DNA of 63,858 bases, the filler included, from Lama guanicoe (Eukaryota), in the NCBI GenBank assembly GCA_013239625.1. It is 93 parts of 93 records of this genome, joined end to end, with 100 filler letters (N's around TTAATTAATTAA, not from the genome) between each part and the next. Parts side by side here need not be neighbours in the genome. Positions count along the whole stretch, not along the records: positions 50,857 to 51,418 come from PNXV01027868.1; positions 51,519 to 52,044 come from PNXV01027869.1; positions 52,145 to 52,707 come from PNXV01027870.1; positions 52,808 to 53,213 come from PNXV01027872.1; positions 53,314 to 53,755 come from PNXV01027874.1; positions 53,856 to 54,339 come from PNXV01027875.1; positions 54,440 to 55,313 come from PNXV01027876.1; positions 55,414 to 55,657 come from PNXV01027878.1; 85 more parts are not named here. One strand, 5' to 3'. Every line of letters starts with the position of its first letter. The stretch's first letter is position 1. Below the pieces are notes generated by a model. The model was not told the origin of the DNA. It did not search any database and saw only the letters and a list, made by a program, of their open reading frames with translations. The position numbers were made by a program, and so were the translations under genes. Shown in pieces: positions 50,757 to 63,858 of this stretch.

Positions 50757-52409
50757 NNNNNNNNNNNNNNNNNNNNNNNNNNNNNNNNNNNNNNNNNNNN
50801 TTAATTAATTAANNNNNNNNNNNNNNNNNNNNNNNNNNNNNNNNNNNNNNNNNNNNAAGCAGCAGAGGGAGGCTCTGGGCTAGAGGCTGGGAGGGCGGGG
50901 ACACGAAAAGGGGGTGGAGTGTGGTGGGACGGAGGGAGGGAAAGAGTAAAGGACATCGTTCTGATGGAATTCTGCCCGAGCACAAGGGAACCTGCACTGG
51001 ATCTGGAGGCACAAATGTAATAACACGCATAACAGACGGTCTGACCAAAAGTCAAAAGATGCGTGCTCTGGGAGGCAGGAGAAGATTTGAGATTACACAG
51101 AGGTTTCAGGGGGTCTACGTGGCTGTGACAGACACCTGTGCAAGGTATCAGGCGGGGATGAAAAGGAAGCAGGCTCCTGGGGACTGAGGTTGGGGGGTTG
51201 CACTGTGTTCGGGACCCCTCAGGCCACAGCCCACCAGGGGCATCCAAAGGAAGCACAAAACACACACGGCAGGGGACTGTCCCCGGGCTTTCACTGCAGC
51301 CAGGCTGGTTCATCTCTGTTTTTTTTCAAAACAAAACTAAAAGCCACCACTCAAAATGTTTGAGAAGATTGCTCAAGTTAAAAGCTTTATGTGATCTGCA
51401 GCCAGAACATCGCAGACTNNNNNNNNNNNNNNNNNNNNNNNNNNNNNNNNNNNNNNNNNNNNTTAATTAATTAANNNNNNNNNNNNNNNNNNNNNNNNNN
51501 NNNNNNNNNNNNNNNNNNACTGAGCAGACCACTGGGAGAACCACCCAGCCACATGCAGCATGTGGGATGCACTTAACTTGGGCCGCTAAACCGCTGGCTG
51601 GGATACAAGCCAGAGAGAAGAAACATTTATTATAGAAGCCACAGCTGATGAGAATGGAGCTGCACTAACAGGAACAGCATGGGGGGAAGACACATAACAC
51701 TGTGATTACTTGTCCTCTCCATAATGCACAAGCAAATCTGCCTCTGGAACCACGACCCTCTTCCACTTATTTGCAATACAGAGACTATTTACTTTCAACA
51801 ATAGGATACATGATCTAATGTAACTGAAATTATTATTAAGCACTGACCTGTTTACCCACAGCTTGGCCATTCTAATGCTTCCTTTGTCCCTTTTACTAAT
51901 ACAAAGCTGGAGCTAATTCACTTCTCATATAGGCTAGAGAAAGTACGTTTCCACTTCAAGTTTTCTAAAGACTGTAATGTACTGGAATTGAAGTACCTAA
52001 AATATAGTCTCTGTTTTGACTTGGTTCTAAAACTGGTGTAGAAANNNNNNNNNNNNNNNNNNNNNNNNNNNNNNNNNNNNNNNNNNNNTTAATTAATTAA
52101 NNNNNNNNNNNNNNNNNNNNNNNNNNNNNNNNNNNNNNNNNNNNTTCTTCTGCGGGACCTAAACCTCATTAGAATATATCTTAAAAGGACTAATGTATCA
52201 TTACAAATATTGGTGGTGAAGTCACATCAGTGGGTCCACTGACACATATGCTATAAAGTTCATGGAGTCCATGATGACAAAAAAAGTGGGCCTGCAAGCT
52301 ACCACTGGACAAATAAGAATGGGTGTGGCAAAGTGTTTAGTAGCAAAGGTCTGCGCTGTCTGGTGAAAGAAAAGGTAGCACTAAGGAATAGACGTGCAGA
52401 ACAATTCTA

Positions 52410-52707
52410 GAGGTAGGTGGCCAAGATGCAAGAGAAGAAAGGTGCTGAGCTCACCTCCTCCCTCAGGCATAGCACAATGCCAAGCACTTACAGAGCGACT
52501 GGTGGTGAGAAACACTGGAATCCAGAAGAAAATATGTTCTACAACTAAAGGTATAAAGAAGGGGCGGTTGGATCAGGGTGACAGACTAGAAGGATGTGGA
52601 ACCCATCTCCACCCACAAATACATCAAAAAACATTTCTACTTGTGGAATACAGTGCTTACAGAATGCTTAACCCTGACAGAATATCTCATACAATCAAAA
52701 CTTCTCA
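52410..52707 (+). mobile_element. LINE-1 5' UTR start with two related units about 150-160 bp apart
   Basis: caagatg...gagctcacctcctccc, then ggatgtggaacccatctccacccacaaatacatcaaaaa, resembling laurasiatherian L1 5' ends. Confidence 0.6.
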
Positions 52708-53313
52708 NNNNNNNNNNNNNNNNNNNNNNNNNNNNNNNNNNNNNNNNNNNNTTAATTAATTAANNNNNNNNNNNNNNNNNNNNNNNNNNNNNNNNNNNNN
52801 NNNNNNNAGGATACATACATTTAATGGAAAATTGTGGTTCTTCATGTATTAAGAGGGCATAGTTCCAACACACGGTACTCTTAGCTCACGAAAGCAAAGT
52901 GAGAACAGTGACATGAGTATTGCTCTGTGTAAAAGCAAGCTCACGCGTGTGTATTTGAGTACACACACACACAGACCTAAGGAAGCGCTGTGCTAGGGAC
53001 GGAGGCACAATGACTTGGGACAAGGATGGAGATATATTTTTCACTGCAGATTTCTAAATACCTCTTAAGTTTTGTGTCAAGTGCAAAGAAAGAAGTAAAT
53101 AAAAAAGGAAATGTGAGTTTTCATCCTTCCCTCCTACTTACCGCCCAGGCTGACTTCTCTGAGCTTCTGCTTCCTCATCTAAGGAACAGGGATGGTCTTT
53201 TCTGAGCTGCAGANNNNNNNNNNNNNNNNNNNNNNNNNNNNNNNNNNNNNNNNNNNNTTAATTAATTAANNNNNNNNNNNNNNNNNNNNNNNNNNNNNNN
53301 NNNNNNNNNNNNN

Positions 53314-53470
53314 ATTATTTCTTTTAGTCCTTTCAACAATCCTTTCCTTGGGGTAAGTAGTATTGGTCTCATTTTATAGATGTGAAATCTGAGGTTGAGC
53401 ATCTGAAAGATCTTGCTGCTTGTCACATAACCAGGCATGGGAAAACCAAGCCTCAAATCCGGATGCCATC
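53314..53470 (-). mobile_element. MIR SINE fragment
   Basis: ctcattttatagatgtgaaatctgagg...gtcacata...ctcaaatcc, the antisense MIR core. Confidence 0.75.
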
Positions 53471-54439
53471 AGAGTTTGTGTTCTTTCCAGGCGTGATGGA
53501 GTACACCTTTGTGGCTAACGTTGAGATCATGTGGCTGATCTTTGTAACTAAATTAACCAGAGTATAGAAATCACTGTTGACAGCTCACTTTTACATTTAG
53601 AGATAAAAGCAACTAGAATCCAGTCTTATTTTGAACTTCAATTATGCCTTAAATTTTCTTATGCCTTAAATTTTCTTAGAAGCCACAGAGAATTTTAAGT
53701 GGAAATGGCATTTAAAGGGAATTTTAAAAATGGACATAATTTTATGTTTCCCATGNNNNNNNNNNNNNNNNNNNNNNNNNNNNNNNNNNNNNNNNNNNNT
53801 TAATTAATTAANNNNNNNNNNNNNNNNNNNNNNNNNNNNNNNNNNNNNNNNNNNNAGTCAGACTTTCTAGGAGCCACTTGGTTTTATTCTTAGTTTTCTT
53901 CCCAGGGAACTAGTATGATTCCACTCGGAAACAAATAATCTTCTTCTCGTGGTTTAAAGTTTCTAGAAGTAGTTACATCATTTTTTTGTCCTGGGAGAAT
54001 TTGTGTCCCTAAAGTATGTCATACCTTGGGGATTTCATTGTTAAGAAGGATGTAAATTAAAATGTTCTTGCTACCTTTAAACACTTTAAAAAAAATCCAC
54101 TGGGATCACTGTCTTTGTTTAGATAAACGCTTTATTTCTTACCTCCTTCTTAAACTATTTAAAAAGTAAACTTTAGTGCAATGATGTAATAATGTCTGCA
54201 TTTTCCCCACAAGAAGTACCACAAAATTTCTGGAACTGCTCAACTAAAGCACATTATAATAGAGGATCCACCACAAGGATACCTTATTTAGCATTATAAT
54301 TGTTTATCTTTTTCCCAACACGGACAGGAAAATCACTGANNNNNNNNNNNNNNNNNNNNNNNNNNNNNNNNNNNNNNNNNNNNTTAATTAATTAANNNNN
54401 NNNNNNNNNNNNNNNNNNNNNNNNNNNNNNNNNNNNNNN

Positions 54440-54803
54440 CAGAGAAAGACAAATATCATATGATATCACTTATACATGGAATCTAAAATATAACAAGTGA
54501 ACTTATTTATGAAACAGAAACAGATTCACAGACATAAAAAACAAATGTATGGTTTCCAGAGCAATGGGGAAGGATAAATTAGGAGTTTGGGATTAGCAGG
54601 TACATACTACTATTTATAAAAATAGAGAAGCAACAAGGTCCTACTGTATATCACAGGGAGCTACATTCAATATTTTGTAATAAACTATAAAGGAAAAGAA
54701 TATGAAAAAGAGTATGTATATATGTCCTTTATAACTGAATCACTTTGCTGTCCACCAGAAACTAACATGACAATTGTAAATCAACTATGCTCAGTAAAAA
54801 AAA
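54440..54803 (+). mobile_element. LINE-1 3' end with A-tail
   Basis: gaaagacaaatatcatatgatatcactt...ataactgaatcactttgctgt...aattgtaaatcaactat, followed by an A-run. Confidence 0.92.
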
Positions 54804-56199
54804 GTTCCTATTTGTTCGATGTCTCCTTAGGAGTTGAAATAAATTTCTCCAGTTCTTTATCCAGGATGCAAATGACATTATAGTTATTACAGCGTGCCTA
54901 TAGCAGAACACAACAAAGAGCCCATGCTGTTTTAGGAGATACACAGTGTAAATGTTCAGTAATGAAAAGTACACGCTCCCAGCTTTGACCTCTACACTCA
55001 CGGGACTGGCTGGCCAGGAAATTATTGTTCTACCTTTCCGATGAATCAAGCACAATAATTTGGACTGTGTTTATGTGAGAAGAAGCAGATCAATCCAGCA
55101 AAACTGAGTAAGACAGTTTTCTACTCTTTCTCCTAACAATCTCGGGCTTGTCACGTAATACTAGTCCCTTCCTGTTATTCAGTGATTTATAGATTACAAT
55201 GTGCTTTCACATTTAATCGTCACTGCAGCCCTGTGAGTATTAACTTCGAGAAGCCTTGGATATATATTTCTCCCATTCTTACTCCACGAGGAGAAGAAAT
55301 ATCTTGAATAAATNNNNNNNNNNNNNNNNNNNNNNNNNNNNNNNNNNNNNNNNNNNNTTAATTAATTAANNNNNNNNNNNNNNNNNNNNNNNNNNNNNNN
55401 NNNNNNNNNNNNNCGCTGGATCCCAGGGTGGCTGATTGAGGGAACTGAGGTGTCCTTGAACTAGTTTTAACCCACTCAAGTTTAAATCCATGGTGAGCAG
55501 GATTGGGGCTCAGGGGGCCCTGAGGCTGGTTCTTGCCTTCTGGTAGGTGGGGCTAGGTCCTGACAGGACTTGATGCAGGCCTCTGGGTGTTCCAGGGCTA
55601 GTGCCAGGCAGCCAGCTGGTGGGGTTAGTTACTGGGCCCTCTGGTGATCAGTGCCATNNNNNNNNNNNNNNNNNNNNNNNNNNNNNNNNNNNNNNNNNNN
55701 NTTAATTAATTAANNNNNNNNNNNNNNNNNNNNNNNNNNNNNNNNNNNNNNNNNNNNATCAGATTGAACAGGGTCCAGGGGGAAGGACCAAGCCTGTCCC
55801 ATCGGCAATCCTATGTGTCATGTCCTGGGACCCATTGGATGCTCAGCATGTAAGTGAACCGACAGGAGTGAGTGAAGAGATGGGAGCATCTCTTTATTGT
55901 GGTGGCTGCACTCTGTCTGATGCCTTGAGGTTTGGGGAAAGGTTTACAAGTGTGGAGAGGGGAGGTCAGGTCCCCTGTGCTCTTCCTGANNNNNNNNNNN
56001 NNNNNNNNNNNNNNNNNNNNNNNNNNNNNNNNNTTAATTAATTAANNNNNNNNNNNNNNNNNNNNNNNNNNNNNNNNNNNNNNNNNNNNCCAAATGGCTT
56101 CACTGGTGAATTTTACAAAACATTCAAGAACTAGTGCCCAGAGTACAGATTTTCCCTTTTGCCTCAGGCTCCAACATGGCCCAACACAGTACTGGTCCA

Positions 56200-56336
56200 G
56201 AGACTTTTTTTTAATTGTCACAACTAAGGGGTGCTACTGACATCTAGTGGGTGGTGACAAGGGATGCTGCTCAACATCCTATAATGCACAGGACAGCTTC
56301 ACAACAAAAAATCATTGGTCCAAAATGTCAACGGTG
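56200..56336 (+). mobile_element. MER20 fragment
   Basis: ttgtcacaact...ggtgctactgacatctagtggg...gggatgctgctcaacatcctataatgcacaggacagc...ccaaaatgtcaa. Confidence 0.9.
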
Positions 56337-57215
56337 ATTAGTCAGCTAGGAGGGAGTGGAGTTCGAGGGAAAGAAAGACTCAAGAGTTTTTGCTTGCTTA
56401 GGGCACAAGCCGTGGTATAGAGGATTCAGGAGGAGAAGTTAGGCAGAAATGAGGCAAGAGACTGGAGTTGGAGGTAGGGCAACTGAATAGAGATATTTGT
56501 TTAAAGTCAGAACCTGAATCTCTGAAGGGAGTTTAGGATAGTCAGCAGGTACCTCTACTGTGGTCCTCTGACCTACCCAAACCTTCAGGACAATCCATCC
56601 CTCCTGCTTCAGAGACACTACAGCTCAACCAGCGAACAAGGAAGGCAATTTTTGGCCTTTTAAGTCCCATGTGATTTTTCTGAAACTCATTGGCAGAGGA
56701 ATAGTTTTGTGCATTTAAAATATTTAGGCCCTAAAGAGCTCAAGGTATAAAGTTCATTGTCATGCTATAATTTACAGGCTGGAATAACTGGCAAGTCCAA
56801 GTACTTTACTCTGAGGTGAAATAAAGATTCCATGGGAATGCTCCAAATGGACAGGAACAGAACCAGCATCAGCAAGCAGCATATCCCTGCTTGGAGAGGC
56901 AGCCCTCCTTTCCAACAGCTGAGACAACTTACAGGCCTCAGGACGGAGATAAAGCCCCATCAATCATTCTTGGGAAGAGCTGAAGGGATCCACAGTCCAT
57001 CACAGTTGAATGCNNNNNNNNNNNNNNNNNNNNNNNNNNNNNNNNNNNNNNNNNNNNTTAATTAATTAANNNNNNNNNNNNNNNNNNNNNNNNNNNNNNN
57101 NNNNNNNNNNNNNACCTGGCCCCCGACCTCTGGGTGGACTCCAAGCGTCGAATTTACCAAGCCTGATTTTCCTGTCCCGCCTCATTCAGATGTTCTTTTT
57201 GTTTCTCCTTCAAAG

Positions 57216-57394
57216 GTTCAGTCATTTGGGGAAAGGATGGTGCTTTTCCTTCTAAATGTTGTTATTTTTGGAAGATTGGAGAGGAATTTGGATGACGATA
57301 GCATGTTTTTTTTTACCTCACTCTGGGAAAGAGGAGGCTAAAATTCTGTGGAGAGATGGAGCAGCTGTTGGATTCTATATAACCAAAGCGAAAG
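57216..57394 (+). CDS. FAM169B: FAM169B internal exon, carrying a +1 frameshift in a T9 run as assembled
   Basis: Acceptor tttctccttcaaag and donor gtacgg at 57395. It translates to VQSFGERMVLFLLNVVIFGRLERNLDDDSM, then in the shifted frame FFLPHSGKEEAKILWRDGAAVGFYITKAK, matching human FAM169B as I recall it. Confidence 0.88.
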
Positions 57395-58175
57395 GTACGG
57401 ACGGGGCCTTGCGGCCACGTGGGACCACCATCCCTCCACACTCGGGGAGAGGAGGGCTCCTAGATGCCAGCCTGCCTCGCACGACGGCTCCTTTAGCTCC
57501 AGCATTGCTTGGAGAGAATCTCCTGGAACAAGAAATATCACTAATTCAGTTGTCGGGTCAATAAGCCCACGGTTTGGATTCCATTTTCACCACATTTCTC
57601 GTTTTACTGGCAAACAGGGTGGAATTTCAGCATGTCCCATGGATTCCCAGGCGGTGCCATGCCCCCCCCCCCGGTAAAAGACTTGTTGCCGTTCATGGTG
57701 TAAAATGACTTTGCAAGCCCCGTCCTTTTCACCTTTCTTTAAGGTTACCATTCAGCCATAAGGAAAATTACTGTCGCTAATAGCTGACATGTGGTGCGAA
57801 AGCACGCTGGATGCCAAGAGTTACCTCAGAAGAGAGGGAGGGCAGGCGGCCCCAATAAAGAGGTTAGGGAAAATCCTGGGGCTTATTTTTAGNNNNNNNN
57901 NNNNNNNNNNNNNNNNNNNNNNNNNNNNNNNNNNNNTTAATTAATTAANNNNNNNNNNNNNNNNNNNNNNNNNNNNNNNNNNNNNNNNNNNNGGCCAGGG
58001 GCAGGGTGGAGCCCCACCTTGGAGCAAGAAGGTAGGACAGCTGGGGACGAGGAAGGTGCTGAGGCCGGGGGTGGTGGAGGGGCTGGATCTGAGGGGTAGA
58101 GAGGATTTTGATAGAAGAGTCAGGAAAAGGAGACCAGGCCAGGGAACGAGGCACCAGTGGCCTCCAAGAGCCTCA

Positions 58176-58581
<406 letters not shown>

Positions 58582-61500
58582 NNNNNNNNNNNNNNNNNNN
58601 NNNNNNNNNNNNNNNNNNNNNNNNNTTAATTAATTAANNNNNNNNNNNNNNNNNNNNNNNNNNNNNNNNNNNNNNNNNNNNACATATCCTACTGATTACA
58701 GTTTGTGGATTTTTCATGGAACCCAATAAAAGAAACTAACCTAAAAACAACCCTGGGAGGCTTGAACACTGCCTATTTTATGATATTAAAAATTTTAAGT
58801 CCATTTACCAACAACAGTAATACTATGATACACCACTCAGTAAGAGTCCTCACTGAGGGGAACACAGTGATACAATTCCAGATGAAGTAAGTTGTCTGGC
58901 ATTTACTTAAATAATACAGGAAAAGGTAAGTGGGTGGGACTGTAGTAAAACAAGTTCAGCCATAAGCTGATAATTGTGGAAGATGACTTACAAGGATGGG
59001 GATGTTCTGTTATATAATTCTGTCCATTGTGGAGTCCTATTGAAATTCTGCATTTGAAAATGAGTGACGAGAGATGACAGGTCCACCTGGATGACGGCAG
59101 CTGAATCTCTCAACACCTATTTCAGATTAAGGGATTAAGCTAGAGACTCAATGACATCACAGAGAACCTCTGACCTGAACAACCAGGGGCCACAGAACAC
59201 TGTGGACTCCAGGCACTTTGTATTTAGCCAGGTCTGGGAGCCACACAACAGTAGAGGGATCAGACAAGACTGCACACAGAGAGGAGAGGACAGCAGGGAG
59301 GGAATCCTCAGGAGGGAATCCAGGTAAAATTCCCTACAAAAGAGCATGTGGACAAACTCAGAGCGTGCCTGAGACCTGGTGGAATACAGCTCTGATGACT
59401 GGGGAATGGCCAGGAAGGAGTTCGGCAGTGCAGACGACCAGAGGATGACAATCTTCGGGAGGCACAATNNNNNNNNNNNNNNNNNNNNNNNNNNNNNNNN
59501 NNNNNNNNNNNNTTAATTAATTAANNNNNNNNNNNNNNNNNNNNNNNNNNNNNNNNNNNNNNNNNNNNCATATACTTTTGACTCTCAATTACACGCACTA
59601 CTAGAGAGGAACAGTTGCATGATTGATTCAAAGAAAAAAGATTATTCACAATTGACCTCAGATTGCATCATATCACTTTTGCTGCAGAAAGATTGCCTTC
59701 CTTATTCCGTCTGGCTGCAGCCACGCAGTCGGTATCCACTGGTTCACTGCGACAGGAGGAAGTCATGGTGGGACTCCTCGGTGACCAACAGCTGGAAATC
59801 GAACATTTCCCACAAATAAAAGCAAAGTGATATGAACAAACAACACAGTAAATCCTACCTTTCCTCTAGTTAATTTCTGAAATAGTAGAAACAATGGTCT
59901 TGGGAGGCAGCTTCTATTCTTAGTTTTGCTTTTCCATTAGGAGAATCTTCCGCTTTGGCCCTGAGATAAATACAATTCCACACGGAAAGTCAAGCAGAAT
60001 GACAGGTTAGAACAAACTATGAGCCTGTTTCAGGAGAATGATGGCAATGATCAAGACATCCAGACCAGTGACTTTGACTTCATTGTGTCTATTTCCTCAT
60101 CTGTAATATGGGAATAAAATGCTTCCCCATCAGCTGATCAGGGCTGTTTAAAATTAAATACATTATTGGCTTTGTCAAATATAATGCGTAGTATAAACTT
60201 AAAGGAGAACACTTACAGAAGACGGTATTGCATCACTAAGAGAACAGAGGTCTGGACGAAGGACCCTCAGGTGTTACGTGTCACAGTGAATCAATCAGTA
60301 TACGTCAGCTTGAATCACTGACTTTCAGAGTTGAAATTTAAGAAACTGCCTTCTATGTTATTTTTCAGTAATAAGAAGTTCTGAGTTGTCAGATATTTTT
60401 AACCTGCTATCTACTTAGAGTATTTCAGCAGTTNNNNNNNNNNNNNNNNNNNNNNNNNNNNNNNNNNNNNNNNNNNNTTAATTAATTAANNNNNNNNNNN
60501 NNNNNNNNNNNNNNNNNNNNNNNNNNNNNNNNNACATTTTGCCTCATGACAGTTTTGACTAGGACCTGCGACATCTCTGTCCATGGTTAATTCTCTCTAC
60601 AAAGTCATTTAGGTTTTTTGCAGACTCCTCCGCTAAGATGAAGGAATAGCCTCTTTAAACTTCTTGTTGCAGCTCCTTAATGAAGATCTTGCAAGGAAAC
60701 CCAGCCAAAACCTGGGAGGTATGCACACAGTGGCTGCAACCTCAGCACTTTGTGAAGTTCAGAATCAGAGGGGTGGGTGACTNNNNNNNNNNNNNNNNNN
60801 NNNNNNNNNNNNNNNNNNNNNNNNNNTTAATTAATTAANNNNNNNNNNNNNNNNNNNNNNNNNNNNNNNNNNNNNNNNNNNNTGAGAAAAGCCAAGTAGA
60901 AGCTCCTGAAAAGCCTCCCAAGCTCAGCCAACACGGAACATTGAAGACAGTGTTGTATCTTGGGGACAATGACAGAGGTAAACGTCCTCCTCAGAGACTT
61001 AAAGGGTTGGGGGGGGTCCCCCTCATACAAGCACTTGATTCACCCCTGTGGTTCTTGAAGAAACTGGAAGGGTCATTGCCAATGGCAGTGAGACAGTGCT
61101 AACTCAGCACGGCTGCATTTCTTTTCACTTCCTGCCTTTGTGTTTCTATCCCCACAGTTCTCTCTTTTAATTCCAAATTACTTGGAAAGCTGGGTCAGTT
61201 TCTCGGGAACATGCTTTTGATCTGGATTGCTGTGGAGTGAGCACCAAAATCCTGTGAACTTGATTCCTTTCTTTATTCCAGTCTCCTCACTCCTAGCCTC
61301 AGCCCTGTGAGAGGCTGTGATGTCAGATGGTTCCCAAAGTCACCCTGTGGTTGGCAGACATTATGTTGGTCCCCAGTGTACCCTCCTCTGGTATCACGTC
61401 CATGCGTAATATATGCTTTTGGAACATATACTGGACCTAATAACCGGCTTGAAACAAATACAATATGGGAAGTTCTGGACTGTGTATTTTGGAATGACTG

Positions 61501-61903
61501 GGGGAAGAGACATGAGGGACGTGGGGTCAGTTGTCTCAGGCTGGCTGTCCAGGCCAGGCTGGGGCAGCAGAGATTTCCCATGGAGCCCAATGACAATGAC
61601 CCTGTGCTCCTGTCTTGAGGAGCTTCTCCTCTAGATCTCAGCCCCACAGCCCCTGCCATCAGACAGGATGAGGAGGAGGAAGAGACACCAACAGTGATTC
61701 TTATCCTGGCTAGAATCTTGAGGGAACTGTTTATAAAAAGACAAGAAGGAAGTGAAGAAACAAAGGCTCCCAAATCTGACACCTGGTGACCCACACGCTC
61801 CCCNNNNNNNNNNNNNNNNNNNNNNNNNNNNNNNNNNNNNNNNNNNNTTAATTAATTAANNNNNNNNNNNNNNNNNNNNNNNNNNNNNNNNNNNNNNNNN
61901 NNN

Positions 61904-62453
61904 AGGCTCCTCCAACTGACAGCAGCACCTGAGATCTAATAGAATCACTTGGTTTGACTTCCCTGAGTGTTTCCGTAAGCGGGGCTGTGAGCGAAGGTGT
62001 GGTTGGACACTAAACCAAAGTAATAGCGAGTGCCTCTCTATGAGCAGTGGAAGTGTTTAAATACATTCCCAACCTGGGAACACCTGTGCCCCATAAAAAT
62101 GTGTGGACTCTGTTTCCCTCCACCAGCACACACACGGCATTGGGTTTAGATGTCTTGAGTGTGGGGAGGTTCTTCCCACTAACAGCAGCGCCTGGGTTCT
62201 AATACAATACTTTAACTTGTCTTCCATGATGGATTGAAAAGGCCGGTGTGCGGGGGAAAGTTGGGATTTGGCTCTAAACCAAGTATTAGCGAGAGCCTAT
62301 CCATGGGATGTGGGTGTTTGACCTTCAACCCACAACCATGGAAAAACTATGCCCCCTGAAAAATGTGTGTGCTATTTTTCCCCACCTCCAGCACACACAG
62401 GAAATATTGTTCTGGGGTTCTGAGTGTGGGGAGGTTCCTCCAACAGACAGCAG
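61904..62453 (-). repeat. Highly diverged ~264-bp satellite related to the 267-bp unit, 2 monomers
   Basis: agg(c/t)tc(c/t)tcc starts at 61904, 62167 and 62432 (263 and 265 apart). It shares gtggggaggttc, gcagcgc.tgggttctaa and gggaacacctgtg with the 267-bp unit. Confidence 0.85.
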
Positions 62454-62883
62454 NNNNNNNNNNNNNNNNNNNNNNNNNNNNNNNNNNNNNNNNNNNNTTA
62501 ATTAATTAANNNNNNNNNNNNNNNNNNNNNNNNNNNNNNNNNNNNNNNNNNNNTGATTATCCTTATGTCAGAGAGTGTGGAGTCTTAAAAAGGGGAGATT
62601 CATCCTTATCTAAAATTTTTCTTACCAAAAGAAGCTCAGCAATAGTATAGAAAATTCAAAACAATAAAGAGTTATAAATGGAAAGCTTCATTTGTAGGTC
62701 AGTCATTTCCATAAATATGCATGTAGTGTTAAACATAATGATGATCTCTTCTTTGACTATTTAGGCAAGGACCTGTAATGAAANNNNNNNNNNNNNNNNN
62801 NNNNNNNNNNNNNNNNNNNNNNNNNNNTTAATTAATTAANNNNNNNNNNNNNNNNNNNNNNNNNNNNNNNNNNNNNNNNNNNN

Positions 62884-63520
62884 CCTCAAAAGACTAGGGA
62901 TAGACTTACCATATGACCCAGGGATCCCGCTCTTGGGTATATATCTGGAGCAAAGTCTAATTTGAAAAGACACTTGCACCCCAATGTTCATAGCAGCACT
63001 ATTTACAATAGCAAGACATGGAAACAACCTAAATGTCCATCAACATATGACTGGATAAAGAAGCCATGGTACAATGGAATACTATGCAGCCATGAAAAAG
63101 AATAATTCCATTTGCAGCAACATGGATGGACCTGGAGATGATCCTACTAAGTGAAGTAAGTCAGACAAAGAAAAACAAATACCATATGATGTCACTTATA
63201 TGTGGAATCTAAAAAATGATACAAGTGAACATATAAAACAGAAACTCACAGACACATAAACTATGGTTACCAATGGAGAAAGGAGGGAGGGATAAATTAG
63301 GAGTCTGGGATGAGCAGATACACACTACTGTATATAAAATAGATAAATAACAAGGTCCTACTGTACAGTGCAGGGAACTATGTTCAATGTCTTGTAATAA
63401 CCTATATGATAAAGAACATGAAAAAAGGAATTTATATATATATGTGTAACTGAATCATTGTGCTGTACACCTGTAACTAACACAACATTGTAAATCAACT
63501 GTACTTCAATTTAAAAAAAA
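62884..63520 (+). mobile_element. LINE-1 3' end with A-tail
   Basis: ccaatgttcatagcagcactatttacaatagc...gctgtacacc...aacattgtaaatcaactgtacttcaatttaaaaaaaa. Confidence 0.96.
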
Positions 63521-63610
63521 GAGAGAAAGAGAGATAAACACATCCCTAAGAGCCAGCCTGGTCCCTCTGGCCACGAAGCTCGCTGAAGCCCCGGTGTGAC
63601 CACGTCCTGA

Positions 63611-63825
63611 CCCTGCTCTCATTCCCTGGCACTATGGGTATCTGTGGCCCGGCCATTCTCCGTGATGGGGTGTCCTGTGCCCTGTGGGCTGTGGAGCTGC
63701 ATCCCTGGTCTCCACCCAGAGATGCCAGCAGCTCCCTCCAGTCCGCTGTGAACGCCCGAGACAGCTCCAGACACTGCCCGGTGTTTGTCCCAGCGGGACA
63801 AAGCCAGCCCAGCCGAGGAGCACTG
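63611..63825 (-). mobile_element. MER20, near full length and GC-enriched
   Basis: ggcactat...tgtcctgtgc...gcatccctggtctccaccca.agatgccagcagc...ctccagacactgcc...cactg. Confidence 0.8.
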
Positions 63826-63858
63826 GGTTCAGCGTTTTCAAGGAATCGCAGCGGGTTT

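Noticed and set aside
61273..61794. 173-aa minus ORF, and a plus-strand 51-codon segment after ctcctctag (61635-61789, DLSPTAPAIRQDEEEEETP...)
   Set aside because: No recognisable family and only weak splice context; not supportable without a search.

Overview
This window is not a continuous locus. It is about 93 unrelated mammalian contigs of roughly 0.2-1.0 kb, joined by an artificial 100-bp linker (N44-TTAATTAATTAA-N44), so neighbouring contigs have no biological relationship. The repeats point to a camelid, probably a South American one. This is an inference from the cetartiodactyl-type L1 ends, the ancient MIR/MER20/MLT elements and the lack of any Alu, B1/B2, Bov-A/BovB, PRE-1 or SINEC copies that I could recognise. 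About a fifth of the real sequence (17 contigs) is satellite DNA: a CpG-rich 267-bp satellite, a 249-bp satellite (dimeric in one contig), an AGAATAT heptamer satellite whose higher-order units are mostly multiples of 7 bp, and a decayed ~264-bp relative of the 267-bp unit. Recognisable gene fragments are a PILR Ig-V exon, a FAM169B exon with a +1 frameshift in a T-run, the 5' end of an OR5J2-like olfactory receptor, a dead KRAB-ZNF last exon and an ERV-L pol remnant. Most supplied ORFs are artefacts of satellites, L1 or the linker. I found no well-supported new biological system; the satellite architecture and the orphan exons are the best leads.
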